Below are positions 13,355 to 24,418 of a stretch of DNA of 64,000 bases, one piece after another. The position numbers and the translations under genes were made by a program. The notes under the pieces were generated by a model, which saw only the letters and a program-made list of their open reading frames with translations, was not told where the DNA came from and ran no database searches. Each line of letters opens with the position of its first letter. Position 1 is the stretch's first letter. Source of the DNA: Blepharisma stoltei ATCC 30299 (taxonomy: Eukaryota; Protista; Ciliophora); assembly GCA_965603825.1 (NCBI GenBank), contig CBFDEM010000012.1, positions 682,001 to 746,000 of the forward strand. Direction: 5' to 3'.

Positions 13355-14275
13355 TTATAAGCATAATTCTATTAATTGTGTATATTCATTATTATGCTAG
13401 CTAGTGATAGATTGCTATAAGTATCTGAGACTTAAACTTCATGAGTGCATGACGATTTATAAAAATAATTTAATTGGAGTATAAGTAAGTTTAGATATTT
13501 GAGGGAAATAATTTGAAACTTTCGAATTCCTTCTGGTAAAAAGCTTAATTTTAAGGAAAGAGATTTATCTGAATTTTAACTGAAAGCTCATCTGAATTCA
13601 TATGAGAGAAAACCTCTATATAAAAAGGTTTACGAGTACAAGAAATATCGCAAAAAAAATTTTTATAGAAAGGAGCATGGAAAAATAAAAAGTAGCTTTT
13701 TTTCTATTTTAAAAAGATTTTATATAAAATTGCTTCAATATCAATTTTTAACAGTTAATTTTTCTGATTTCAATAGGCTATCCTGCATATATACACTACT
13801 ATTTAATAAGTGCAATAAAATTCATCGCCACCAAATAGCCAAAAATTTTTGATTGGCTTTAAGCTATAAATTACTAAAAATATTTTTGCTAATCGGCCTC
13901 AGCTGGCTTACCATTTTCTTGGAAAGTTATATATGAATTAGGTTAACCAAAATATGTTCTTTATTGGTTTGTTCACTATTGATTACATATTATAATTTCA
14001 AATCTCCAATTTAAAAGAAAAGACCCTTTAAAAGGTGAAGCCATGCTTTTTTATATCATTAAATACTTTCTATGATAAACCTTTACCTTTTGCCATATCC
14101 ATTTCTAAAATGAAAATTGCAACATTATAAAAGCACGAAATTAAGTGACCAAAATTTCTTCAGTATTTTAGCCTCAAATTCATTTTGGTCTTCTTTTATA
14201 TCAACAAACTTCCTTAATTTAATTTTATTTGAAATCTAAACACTATTAAAAAGATATAAATGAAATATATATTAA

Positions 14276-15115
14276 TTAATTGCAAAACCCTACCACTTCA
14301 CTGCATTTATAACATCTATGCACTCTTTTCCCAAGTCATGATGGTTCTGTAGCACAGCATGCAAAAATACTGCTAAAAAATGTTAAAAATGGCCTTGGGA
14401 TATCTTTTTTGCTATCAAACTCAATATTTGTATGTACATCCATTTGGCAGTTCTCACAATAAGCAGTGCAAGGCTTTGTTCCTAAAATCCTCATTGTTTT
14501 TTCTTTATTTTCTTCTGTAGTAAATGGATTATATGTAGACACTGTAATTGGAAGATTTTCCGTCTCAATTTCTTTAGAGTCTGGCTCCATATATAGAACT
14601 GAATCAGCGTCACTTGCATGTCTACAATGGGATGTGTTTTTAATCTCCTTAAAGGAGGCTTCATTTGTTAGCACAGAGACTTGTTTTTGTTTTTTGTAGT
14701 TTTCTTTCCCATAAAACATTTTGTGGATACTTGAAAAACTCTTATTGAGTCCAAGACCATTTTTGCTGTATTTATCAAGCAAAAGTAAAGCCGGGTTCAA
14801 TACAGTTGGAGGCTGGGAAAGGCCTCTTTGATGCTTTTTTGAGCTTCTAATGTCATAATTTACCGAGTCTGGGAAAATACTTTTGAGTGAAAAGCCTAAA
14901 CTGTGATGGCTGTCAAAGCTATTATTTTCACTTATCTGCATATCTGCAATTGATGGAGTATGCTGGTATCGAGTCTCTGAAATTTTTGATGTATGGGTTC
15001 CACAGCGTGCATCTGGGAAAATATTGCTTTGGTTTGACCTTTGGGAGTTAGTAGACGCATTTGAATATCGTCTTGATAATTCAGTTTGATTTTTGGGTGG
15101 TGTTATGAAGTTCAT
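14276..15115 (-). CDS. LITAF-like zinc domain protein (279 aa)
   Basis: CENC...hydrophobic stretch...HRCYKC; the second knuckle appears only by reading TGA 14336-14338 as Trp, and paralog 18265 has TGG there. Confidence 0.85.
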
Positions 15116-15455
15116 TTTCCGTTAAAAAATTATATCATGATTTAGAAATGTCATTCGAGAGACAAATTCCTACCAAAAAAACATTAGATATTATCTAAAA
15201 AATTACAAGGAGTAGTTTTATTAGTTAGACTACTAGCAGAAATTTATTCCTTCATTTTATATTTAATTAAAAACTCATTTAGCATTATAATTAGCTTATT
15301 TTAATCTAGCAGTAGACCTGTTTTTCTTATCTAATTATATCTGTGCTTTATATTATTTTAAAATTTATTAATTTAATATAATTTTTATATCTTTATCATA
15401 ATAAACCCACAATGCAGTTTACCCTAGCTTAAATTATAACAAATAAAAATTCTTT

Positions 15456-16709
15456 ATGGCAGACTTGAATATTAAGATGGCAGTTATGGTCTCTAAATCA
15501 GAGCTTCTCAACCTTTACGTTCAGAAATGTGAAGAATCAAATGAGCCGCGAAATCTTTCTCTTTACAAATACCTTGAAGAGCAAGCAATCCAGCAAGAAG
15601 CAGAGCGAGAAAGAGCAGAGCAAGAAGACTACACGATTGAAGAAGGAAACCATTTTGATTTAATGTTCAGAGGCAATGATAAACTGAATTTTTCAAGCAG
15701 AATCACTGATTCAAATCTTTATCCGCTTGTGGGAGCTTTAGTGGACCATGCAATCTTAATACAGCACATTGATTTGAGATTTAATTTAATATCAGATGCT
15801 GGAGCCATTATTTTAGGTAATTTATTGAAGCCTGCAATAAATCTGCAAACTTTATATTTACAAAGCAATAACATTGGCGAAGAAGGGGCAAGAAAGCTTG
15901 GAGAATGCTTAGAAAATCATGAAAGGCTACTTTATCTCAATCTTAATGGAAACCAAATAGGCACTCCAGGTGCAAACGCTTTAGTTCAGCTTTTATTCAC
16001 ATGTCCTGCTATCGTTGAGCTTGATATAGGAAACAATTATATAGACCATTATGGAATAATTGCTATTACAACTGCCCTTAACAGAGCAAGATTAGCTTTA
16101 GAAGTCTTAAATTTAGAAAATCCAAGACTAAATTCTATAATGCAAGAAACTGCGGTACATTTCGGCCAAATGTTAAGTATCAATCAGACCTTGCAAAAAC
16201 TGTCTTTAAAAAAATTTAAATTGAGATGTGATGGAATTTATACGATTTCTAACCATTTGATGGAGAACTCAACATTAAAAGTACTTGATTTGTCATGCAA
16301 CGAAATTTCATCAGACGGGGCAGAATATTTATCAAGGTATTTGAAGGCACAGTATTGTGGGTTAGAAAGCTTGATTTTAGGTGTCAATAAAATCGTAGAT
16401 TTAGGTGCAAAATCCATCGCGCAAGCCTTAGCAGTTAATCAAAGCTTAATTCACATTGATTTAACTCGAAATAGCATTGGAGACGAAGGACTTTCAAGGT
16501 TGGCTGAAGCCTTATTCCACAATCAAAAACTATTATCTTTCAAACTCTATGGTAACCACTTTGACCAGCAGTCCTTAAAGCTTTTTTACAGACTTTTCCA
16601 GACTCCTCGAGACAACGAATGGTATCCAGATTTCACGACTTACTATGTAGATGAGCAGGTACAAATGGCTTATATTGAGACTGAAGTGCCCTATGATATT
16701 TATGTCTAA
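15456..16709 (+). CDS. LRRC34: RNI-like leucine-rich repeat protein, LRRC34-like
   Basis: Repeated LxLxxNxIxxxG units; C-terminal DFxxYxVD...AY tail resembles LRRC34. Confidence 0.75.
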   Translation: MADLNIKMAVMVSKSELLNLYVQKCEESNEPRNLSLYKYLEEQAIQQEAERERAEQEDYTIEEGNHFDLMFRGNDKLNFSSRITDSNLYPLVGALVDHAILIQHIDLRFNLISDAGAIILGNLLKPAINLQTLYLQSNNIGEEGARKLGECLENHERLLYLNLNGNQIGTPGANALVQLLFTCPAIVELDIGNNYIDHYGIIAITTALNRARLALEVLNLENPRLNSIMQETAVHFGQMLSINQTLQKLSLKKFKLRCDGIYTISNHLMENSTLKVLDLSCNEISSDGAEYLSRYLKAQYCGLESLILGVNKIVDLGAKSIAQALAVNQSLIHIDLTRNSIGDEGLSRLAEALFHNQKLLSFKLYGNHFDQQSLKLFYRLFQTPRDNEWYPDFTTYYVDEQVQMAYIETEVPYDIYV

Positions 16710-16763
16710 TAACCTAAAATTAGCTATAGTGAAAGTTTTATATAGGATTCTATAAAAGTTAAA

Positions 16764-18173
16764 ATGGATCTTTTTGCTATTCCAGAGATTGAGGGATTTT
16801 TTCATGTGCTAGAGAGTCGATATGTGGCTATTCGGCCTTGTGCAGGATTGTCATTGACTGGCATTACTATTGTAAGCTTGATGGAAAAGTTAATTTGGCT
16901 GCAAAAGCTTAATTGCCATGGGCTGATTTTTTTGGAGTCATTGTAATAATTATGCAGCATCCAGAAAATAAAGCAAACTACAAGCCAAAGCTTCCCTATA
17001 ATTTCAGATTGAATAAAGAAAATAGGATTAAAAAATGCTAGTCTAGAAGAATTCCAAGGAACAATTGTAAGCACTGAATTTCTTACCGAAATAAATGACT
17101 TATGTACAAATTTTGGGCTTGAAGCCACCCAAACAATAAAAGAAAACAATATTGATTTTTTATACTTATCTAAAGAACTGAATATTACTATATGGGTTTA
17201 TGATGTAAAATCTCATTTTGAAATAAAAAACAATCCCTTCAATAATCCAATTTTACTAACTCTTATGCAAATAGAAAAACCAGACGGCTTAGAAGTGTCA
17301 ATTTTGTACCATGAAAGTCAAGGCCTTGATACTAGCCCTCAAACAATTGAGCTGCCTTATGCTATGCCTATAGAAGATGGAAAAGGAGACCAATCCAATT
17401 TAATTGACAATAATGGCAACTCACAAGTGCTTAAAAGCTTTATCAAAAAAATTATTTCCTATATGCAGGATAATGCTATGATCAGTGAAGAGTCTTGTGA
17501 AAGGATTAATAGAGAGCTTCAAATGCTAAAAACTTGTAAGAAGTGAAAATGGGAATTTGAGGATGATTTAAAAAAGCTGATTGAAAAATCAATAAAAAAC
17601 CCCGAAATATCTCAGAAAATAATTCAAAATGAGCCAGAAAAAGCATTAAATGAACTTCCAAAAGCTGATTTTATCGATTCAGTAGAAAAAGTCCCCAAAA
17701 AAGATATTGAAATAGAGCCAGAAAGAAATAAAAATAGAACAGGAGTGAAAAATAAGGAATTTGTTGAGCCAGCCAAAAAAGAGATTCCAAAAAGCAATAT
17801 TAATAAGCCTGAAGTAGAAAAAGTCCCAGAAATCCCAAAGAAAAAAGATGTCGAAAGAAAGCCAGAAAACACAGAAATAAGAAATCGTGAATTTGTTGAG
17901 CCAATCAGAAATGAAAAACCTAATTATGAATACAAAAATTTTGTACAGCTTGCAGAGCCTGCAATAAACCAGCAAGTAGCTCGAAAAAGTGCAATATGCT
18001 CATTTTGTCAAGTTGAGTCTGCCCTTAATGCTATATCATTGGTTTGCAACTGCGAACTTTGCATTAGTTGTTTGAGATGTGGCGCAAGCTATTCCAGGTG
18101 TCCAAGCTGCCAGCGAGAGTTATCTGATAGTGAACTTGACTCTATATTTGCTTTTATCATTAGCATTTCCTAA
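16764..18173 (+). CDS. C-terminal RING-finger protein (~464 aa) with one intron
   Basis: One frame after removing intron 16943-16957 and reading TGA as Trp; CxxC..CxC..CxxC..CPxC at the C-terminus; Pro/Glu/Lys-rich linker. Confidence 0.75.
16943..16957 (+). other. 15-nt spliceosomal intron
   Basis: gtaataattatgcag; removes an in-frame TAA. Confidence 0.85.
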
Positions 18174-18264
18174 TTATCTCGCTATTTCAATAAATATGAA
18201 AAAAATCCAATTATTTTTATTAACAGTCTTAAAATGGTTTAAATAAATTTAACAATCCAAATCA

Positions 18265-19113
18265 ATGAGATTAAATCTTCATCTAAAAAAGCCCGCGGAT
18301 AGTTTTATGTCCTCAACACAAGCATCGGACAAAAATTACTCATCAGAATTTACCTCAAAACTCATATTTGAAACCACTTGCAATATTCATATTTCTGGCG
18401 AGCCTCCTAATCAGTTAGAAAAACTGAGCCAAACACTCCCACACAATTCAAACCAAAACAAAGAAAATTCGTCATATATGCTTGATTTGCCTCGTTTAGG
18501 AAATTCAAATAAAAATTCACCGAAAAATAGCGATCATCATGATTTTTCTAACAGAAATAGCAATGCAGTGTCATTTTATTCAGAAGTGGACAGTGGGATT
18601 ATTTCTTATAACCATTCACCTCTCAGCTCGAGATCACCAGCTTTTGATGATAAGAAAAGTGAGACTTTACAAGAAGACGAAGACATAGATCAAATTTTAA
18701 ATAATTCTGATTTTTCAGAAATTTCGCTGCAATCTAATAGAGTGAAAAGCTTTATGAAGACTCCATTAAAAGAAAATTGCTCATATTACAGCTCAGATAA
18801 AATACTTACAACTGATTGCAATAGTTTTTTACTATTGGATCACGAAATCGAAGATGTTTCAAATAAACACTGTGACTTTGTATATGAAAGAAAAATAATT
18901 CCAAAATTCGGATTGATGCCTTGTACAGCGTATTGTAAAAATTGCTTCAAAGATATACATACAGAAATTAGTTTTACTGGAAGCCGAATTGAAATATTTT
19001 TTTTAAAAATAACATCCAACGTCTTTGCGTGTTGTGAAGGCCCAATGTGGTTAAACCAAAAAAAAGTCCATATCTGCCCTCAATGTCACCAGGTTTTGGC
19101 TAAATTAGCTTAA
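18265..19113 (+). CDS. LITAF-like zinc domain protein
   Basis: PCTAYCKNC...FACC...W...HICPQC. Confidence 0.85.
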   Translation: MRLNLHLKKPADSFMSSTQASDKNYSSEFTSKLIFETTCNIHISGEPPNQLEKLSQTLPHNSNQNKENSSYMLDLPRLGNSNKNSPKNSDHHDFSNRNSNAVSFYSEVDSGIISYNHSPLSSRSPAFDDKKSETLQEDEDIDQILNNSDFSEISLQSNRVKSFMKTPLKENCSYYSSDKILTTDCNSFLLLDHEIEDVSNKHCDFVYERKIIPKFGLMPCTAYCKNCFKDIHTEISFTGSRIEIFFLKITSNVFACCEGPMWLNQKKVHICPQCHQVLAKLA

Positions 19114-19144
19114 AATTGATAATAAAATTAAAATTGCTATAAAA

Positions 19145-19666
19145 ATGAGAACAAGTTCGCGAGATGGTATAAGTACACCACACAGCATATACTTTGCCAA
19201 GCCATCGCCATTTGAATCAAAAAAAAACTTTATAAGGGCTCAATATAAACACCAATTTCTATTAGAAAGAGCTCATAGCTCATTTTTAGTGCAAAGATAT
19301 AAAGATGAGTTAGCAGACAGATCATTCAGAAGGTTTTATAACAGTCCTTTTGCAAGTAATCCTTTAGCTCAATATGAAATAAATGCGCACAAAAGAGATA
19401 TGGAGAAAAAACTAAAAATTAAAAAAAAGCCTAAGATCCTCCATGATAAAGATTATTTTTTGAGAGCAAAAGTTATGAGCAGAATGAAATCCAGACAAAG
19501 CGAAAGGAATATTAAAAGTGCTGATAGAGCATTTCGAAAATCCAAAGATAAAGCTGCGGAACTAAGCATAGATAGCTTTAAAGGACTGAAAGATCATAGC
19601 TTTAGAAGAAGCTGGGGAAAATTATTTGTAATGGATCCACATTTGTTTAAGAGTGAAAGAGAATAA
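19145..19666 (+). CDS. Hypothetical basic protein
   Basis: 173-aa ATG..TAA ORF between AT-rich spacers. Confidence 0.65.
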   Translation: MRTSSRDGISTPHSIYFAKPSPFESKKNFIRAQYKHQFLLERAHSSFLVQRYKDELADRSFRRFYNSPFASNPLAQYEINAHKRDMEKKLKIKKKPKILHDKDYFLRAKVMSRMKSRQSERNIKSADRAFRKSKDKAAELSIDSFKGLKDHSFRRSWGKLFVMDPHLFKSERE

Positions 19667-19937
19667 ATTTAAGGGAGAATCATATTGAATGAAAAGTTGA
19701 TTATTATTGAGGATTTTGATCAATAATTTTCAAAAAATTCATTATGAGATAAATGCAATAATTAAACTTAGACTGGCATTGAATTGCTTATTTTTAGCAA
19801 TAAATTTATTAAAAAATATATAGATTATATTTCCTGAAATATAAATTCTAGAATAAAGCTATAGAAGATAAGCTGTAATTTATAGCTAAATTTATAGTTA
19901 AGATAAGCAAAATTTTCAAAAAAAACTTATTGTGTGT

Positions 19938-20153
19938 TTAAATTTCAATATTTCCAAATTGAGAAAGTGTTTCTTCGTCATAGATTACCCTCAATAAAAG
20001 AGAACAGCTTGGGCATCGAGCAACCTCTTCTCCATAGCACAATTCTTCAAAAGAGATTTGAAATTTGTCACCACAAGGGCATGGGTAGAAAAACACTTCA
20101 GTGTCTGCATCCCATTCCATATCTTCGATCTCTATTTGGTCGTAGAAACCCAT
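19938..20153 (-). CDS. DPH3: Diphthamide biosynthesis protein 3 (CSL zinc finger)
   Basis: YDQIEIEDM...[11 protein letters not shown]...ARCPSCSL. Confidence 0.95.
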   Translation of the reverse strand: MGFYDQIEIEDMEWDADTEVFFYPCPCGDKFQISFEELCYGEEVARCPSCSLLLRVIYDEETLSQFGNIEI

Positions 20154-20253
20154 CAGAATATGTTTATTAACATTTAATATGGATATAATTTGTTCAAATT
20201 TTTACTTAATTTTTGCCAAATTTTTAATTTAAAATAATTAAAAAATCTTAAAA

Positions 20254-21237
20254 CTAATAAATCATGCTTAAATTTGGCGATCTTAATTTTACTGGGCTCC
20301 CAGACAAAGAGATTCTGGATATATCCAGAGCTGAGTTCATTTCAAGCATTTTTTCGCTTAAAATGTTAAGAGACGCCCTTGAGTTAATTTTCTGCATATA
20401 AATTGGTAATGGACTAGCACTTTCAGGTCTTGATCCCACCTTTTTGAAGTCAGGAGAGCTAACTCTCCTTTCAACCATTCCATAGTTTACTTTATATCCA
20501 TGCATATTTGTTAGATGGCTCAATAATATAGGTTTTCTCGGCGAATATTTATCAAAATTCGCTACTTTTCCTAAATCATCTGATACAAGTTTATATGAAG
20601 TATCATAGGTAGGGAACACATCTTCATGCAAAAATTTATCATCTCTTGGCTTTGATTTTGCTATATCAGGGGTGCTAACTCTTTTATATTTTCCTAGCAC
20701 AACTGGCATGTCTTCATAATGTTCGAATCTTTTTTCGTTTACATCATTTGTCATTTTAACGATACTTGGTCTTGGTAATTGTTTATCTAAAGGAATTGCA
20801 CCTTTTAATTTTGTCCTTGGCCGCTCTGGGATATTTTCTAAATCGCTTATTTTTGACTGATTTCTTACTCTTGAAGCCGTTTTGGGTCTTTCTCTGAAAT
20901 CTGTTTTTCTAGGCTGTTTATCGACTAATTCATATCGAGCATCATAGTGGTTACATGGTGGTGCTGGGCTTTTTAAGCCATTTGCTTTATAAAACTCATC
21001 TCGTGTTTGAGACATAAATGCATAGCTTTGCTTTGGAGGCGACTTATTTTGTGGAGAGTCTGAAACGATACTATCCCTTAATATTTCTTGCAGTTTTTCT
21101 GGTGACAGCTGTTGTGATTTAGATCTTGGCGCTTGAGGTCTTGGTGATTTTCGTGGAGATCTGCCTGAAAGGATTTCTTCTCTGTGCTTGAGTATTTGGA
21201 ACCTTTCTTGACAAATTTTGCCAAATTTGCTGAACAT
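20254..21237 (-). CDS. Hypothetical protein with Pro/Tyr/Phe repeat units (possibly axonemal)
   Basis: 327-aa ORF with PPCNHYD and repeated Y..V...V..PDF units. Confidence 0.7.
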   Translation of the reverse strand: MFSKFGKICQERFQILKHREEILSGRSPRKSPRPQAPRSKSQQLSPEKLQEILRDSIVSDSPQNKSPPKQSYAFMSQTRDEFYKANGLKSPAPPCNHYDARYELVDKQPRKTDFRERPKTASRVRNQSKISDLENIPERPRTKLKGAIPLDKQLPRPSIVKMTNDVNEKRFEHYEDMPVVLGKYKRVSTPDIAKSKPRDDKFLHEDVFPTYDTSYKLVSDDLGKVANFDKYSPRKPILLSHLTNMHGYKVNYGMVERRVSSPDFKKVGSRPESASPLPIYMQKINSRASLNILSEKMLEMNSALDISRISLSGSPVKLRSPNLSMIY

Positions 21238-21683
21238 TTATTTTAGAAAGTAAATTAAGGAACATAGAAATTAAAAAGTCAAAATATTATCTATAAAAAG
21301 ATAATGATAGGGGATTAGGAATAGTTTAGTGTTTTAATAAATATTTGTTATATTTGTGATATGTTGGTTTTAATGATATGTAAGTTTCAAATAGTTGTGA
21401 AACAGAAATTCGTTTAAGTAGCATACGAATATTTTGATAAAAAATACAATTATTGATAATTGTTTTATTTTTCATGGCTTCATAAAACATAGGCGACCTT
21501 GACGAAAATTTAGCAGATAAATAATAGATAAAATATAAAAACTATATTTTTTTACCATTTTAATTATTTCTAAGGTTGCAAAATAAACTCTTAAAATCAA
21601 AATTAAAAGTCATTTCCTTATAATCTAAGCTAGCAAAAGATAATATTTCAATTTCCATTTTCAAAAATGTAAAGTTTCCTAAT

Positions 21684-22340
21684 ATGAATAGATCTAATCT
21701 ATACAAGCCTGCCCCTAAACAAAACTCCAATAGAGATCATTATGAAAATAAAATACCAGACCGTCCTCGCTTATCAAAAGACCTTTTATCTTACAAATTC
21801 CCTGACGAAACCTCGCCTAAAAATGCTTTTCATTCATCTCAGCTTCCTAATCAAAATCGAAAAAACTCCCCATCTTCTCATGAGCCAGCTTCTAAAAAAC
21901 AATCAAAATATAATCCAGGCTCTGTTTTTCATCAAGCCAATAAATTTAACCCTTATTTGTCCTCCTCTACAAACATTTCTAGTTCAGTATCTGAAAGTGT
22001 TGAAATCATAGTAAGTGAACTTGACTGTCCTAGTGAAGAAGAAACAAAATATGTATGCAAACCTGGTGATCTTTCTCCTTTAGGAGAACTAAGTGAAAGC
22101 AACTCTCAGGATTCTGGGGATGCCTCAGATACTGATGCGATTAGAACAATCCTAAAGAAACAAAAAAGTTTAAACTCATCTATAGTGCAAGAGCCTGATA
22201 AAGACAAAGTAATAGAACTTCTTGCAGAAAGCATGACTAATATTATTAGCATTCAGCAAGAAAATGAAAAGAATCTTGCATGTGAAAAAAGAAATGTAAG
22301 GTTTCAGCTGCTGCAGCTTATAAGCGACAAAGAACACTAG
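21684..22340 (+). CDS. Hypothetical low-complexity protein
   Basis: 218-aa ORF ending TAG. Confidence 0.65.
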   Translation: MNRSNLYKPAPKQNSNRDHYENKIPDRPRLSKDLLSYKFPDETSPKNAFHSSQLPNQNRKNSPSSHEPASKKQSKYNPGSVFHQANKFNPYLSSSTNISSSVSESVEIIVSELDCPSEEETKYVCKPGDLSPLGELSESNSQDSGDASDTDAIRTILKKQKSLNSSIVQEPDKDKVIELLAESMTNIISIQQENEKNLACEKRNVRFQLLQLISDKEH

Positions 22341-22592
22341 AGGATTTGGTAATAAATAAGCCTAAATATTGCTAGTTTTAATGGATTTTGGAGATTAAAT
22401 TTATTGCTAATAGCATTCATATATAGGTAGAAAGAAATTTATTAGGGAAATTTAGCAATAAAAACTTATAAAAGGAATAAACCATTTTCTGATCTAAGAA
22501 CTCACTATTATCCCCAGCTTTAATTAAAATATTAGCATTTTTCTAAGAAATTCATTAAATGACATCATTTCTGCTACCATTCAACTTCATAA

Positions 22593-22871
22593 ATGGGAAA
22601 TTGTTGCTCAAAAAACCAAAGTTTGCCTCAAGCGATGGAAAAAGATCATTCAATCCATTTAGTCTGTGATGAGTCATTGCTGAGATCAACTTTTAAAGGA
22701 AGCCTCAAATTAGCTCACTATGAAGAAACATCAATTAACAATCAGTAAGCTCTAAATAGACTAAGTATAATTATCGACGAAAACTCGGACGAAGATTTAA
22801 CAAAGGCTAATATCGAGAGAAACGAGAAAACCAGAACTTCACTGGCAGAAAACTCTGAAGAAATCAGCTAA
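22593..22871 (+). CDS. Small (87 aa) putatively N-acylated protein, absent from the ORF track
   Basis: MGNCCSKNQ...; intron 22745-22759 (gtaagctctaaatag) removes an in-frame TAA; ends TAA 22869-22871. Confidence 0.65.
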
Positions 22872-23216
22872 TTTTTAATATATTTTGAATTGCTTATAGT
22901 AAAAAGAGTGTTGATTGTATAGCTATTTTGTTCTCCACTTTTAAATTTTGTATTTTGAGGGCTTTTTAGCCTATGGAAGAAGAATTTCACTAATAATTAA
23001 TTCCACAGCACTTATATCTACAAAACTTGTGAAATTTTAATTTATTTAGGAAATTTATTCACATTTCTATTACTAAACAATCATTTTTAATCATTATTTA
23101 ACAGCCATAACCCCTATAATAAAATTCGCATAGTTTTATTTAAAGTTTTCATAGATTTCTAATTATTATCGCCTATGAAAACTTAGCTGAAATATAAAAA
23201 AGCAAATTATGAAAAA

Positions 23217-24173
23217 TTATGATATATTTAATAGTCTTTCAGTATTCCTCCCTGTCAAAACCCCTTCAGAATTTATATTTAATTGAATTGCGTCATTTGT
23301 AAGAATTTCGTCAGATTTCTTTCCGTCTTCTTCTTTAAGCGTTAGCTTGGGATCTCCTTTTTTCCTTTCAATATAAGAAATGGTGGTATCATCCCACAAA
23401 GCTGAGGTATTTTCTTTGAAATCTGAAACTTTATTTTTGGCTATTTTAAGCTCTTTTTTCTCATTTCTTTTCTTAAGGATGTATTCAAAGGTTGTCATAT
23501 GGTTGAATTTAAGTCAAATATGGAGACCAATAAGGCAGCTATCAATTGCAGCTATTAAAATTCCTTCTATAGTTACTACATAAGTCAAAATAATAAAACT
23601 GCTTTCACTGCCATATGAAACAGAGTCTATATCATGTCTGTAATCATCATAATTTCTATAATATTTCACTATAATGCTAAACCCATAGCTAAAAATCACA
23701 ATCATATTGATTTCAAAAGCTAATATAAGCTTAATAAAGTAAACATAATTTCTTTTGCCAACACAATTATTTAATCATATACAATGATGATCAAAATTAT
23801 CCACACATCGATTGCATTGGCCACAATGTTTACTTTTCATATCTACAGTGCAGCAGCAGATTGTGCAAAATGCGTGGTTTTCTTTCGGCTCATCTTTAAT
23901 CCCATTCATAAGCTTTTCACGATGTTCATATACCATAGGATCAGTAGGGTCACAAACCATCGCTCAGAAAGCGAAATCTATGCAAAACAATTCTGAGACG
24001 TAAAATAATATTGCAAAGGTTATCTAAATATTTTTTACTTTAGAATATATTTTCATACTCGGAAAATATACCAAAGAAACCACAATAATGTTGAAAAGAG
24101 TAATCAATCAGCTAAAAATCTGTGCGGGATGCAACGGTAAGCTGAATCCGTGAGTTCTTGGGCTTCGAACCAT
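23217..24173 (-). CDS. DHHC palmitoyltransferase, ZDHHC1/11-like
   Basis: RTHGFSLPLHPAQIFSW N-terminus; [20 protein letters not shown](TGA)LNNCVG; TTFEYI; 15-nt intron 24024-24038 with in-frame TAG. Confidence 0.92.
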
Positions 24174-24418
24174 TTTCTAAAACTGAATTCTTGAAATGGC
24201 TCTGATTTTAATAATATAAATATCAATTTCAGATTAATTTAAACTCTTTGCTTAAAAGAACACATTAATCTCAATTAAATTTAGCTTTGGATTATTCATG
24301 TTGCTAGCGCTTTATTTTGTAATAATTTATATTCACAAAGCATAAACTAGCTCAATTCTTTATGCTCTTATTAATATAATTATCGTAGCATCTCTTAATT
24401 TATATTATTCCAATATAA

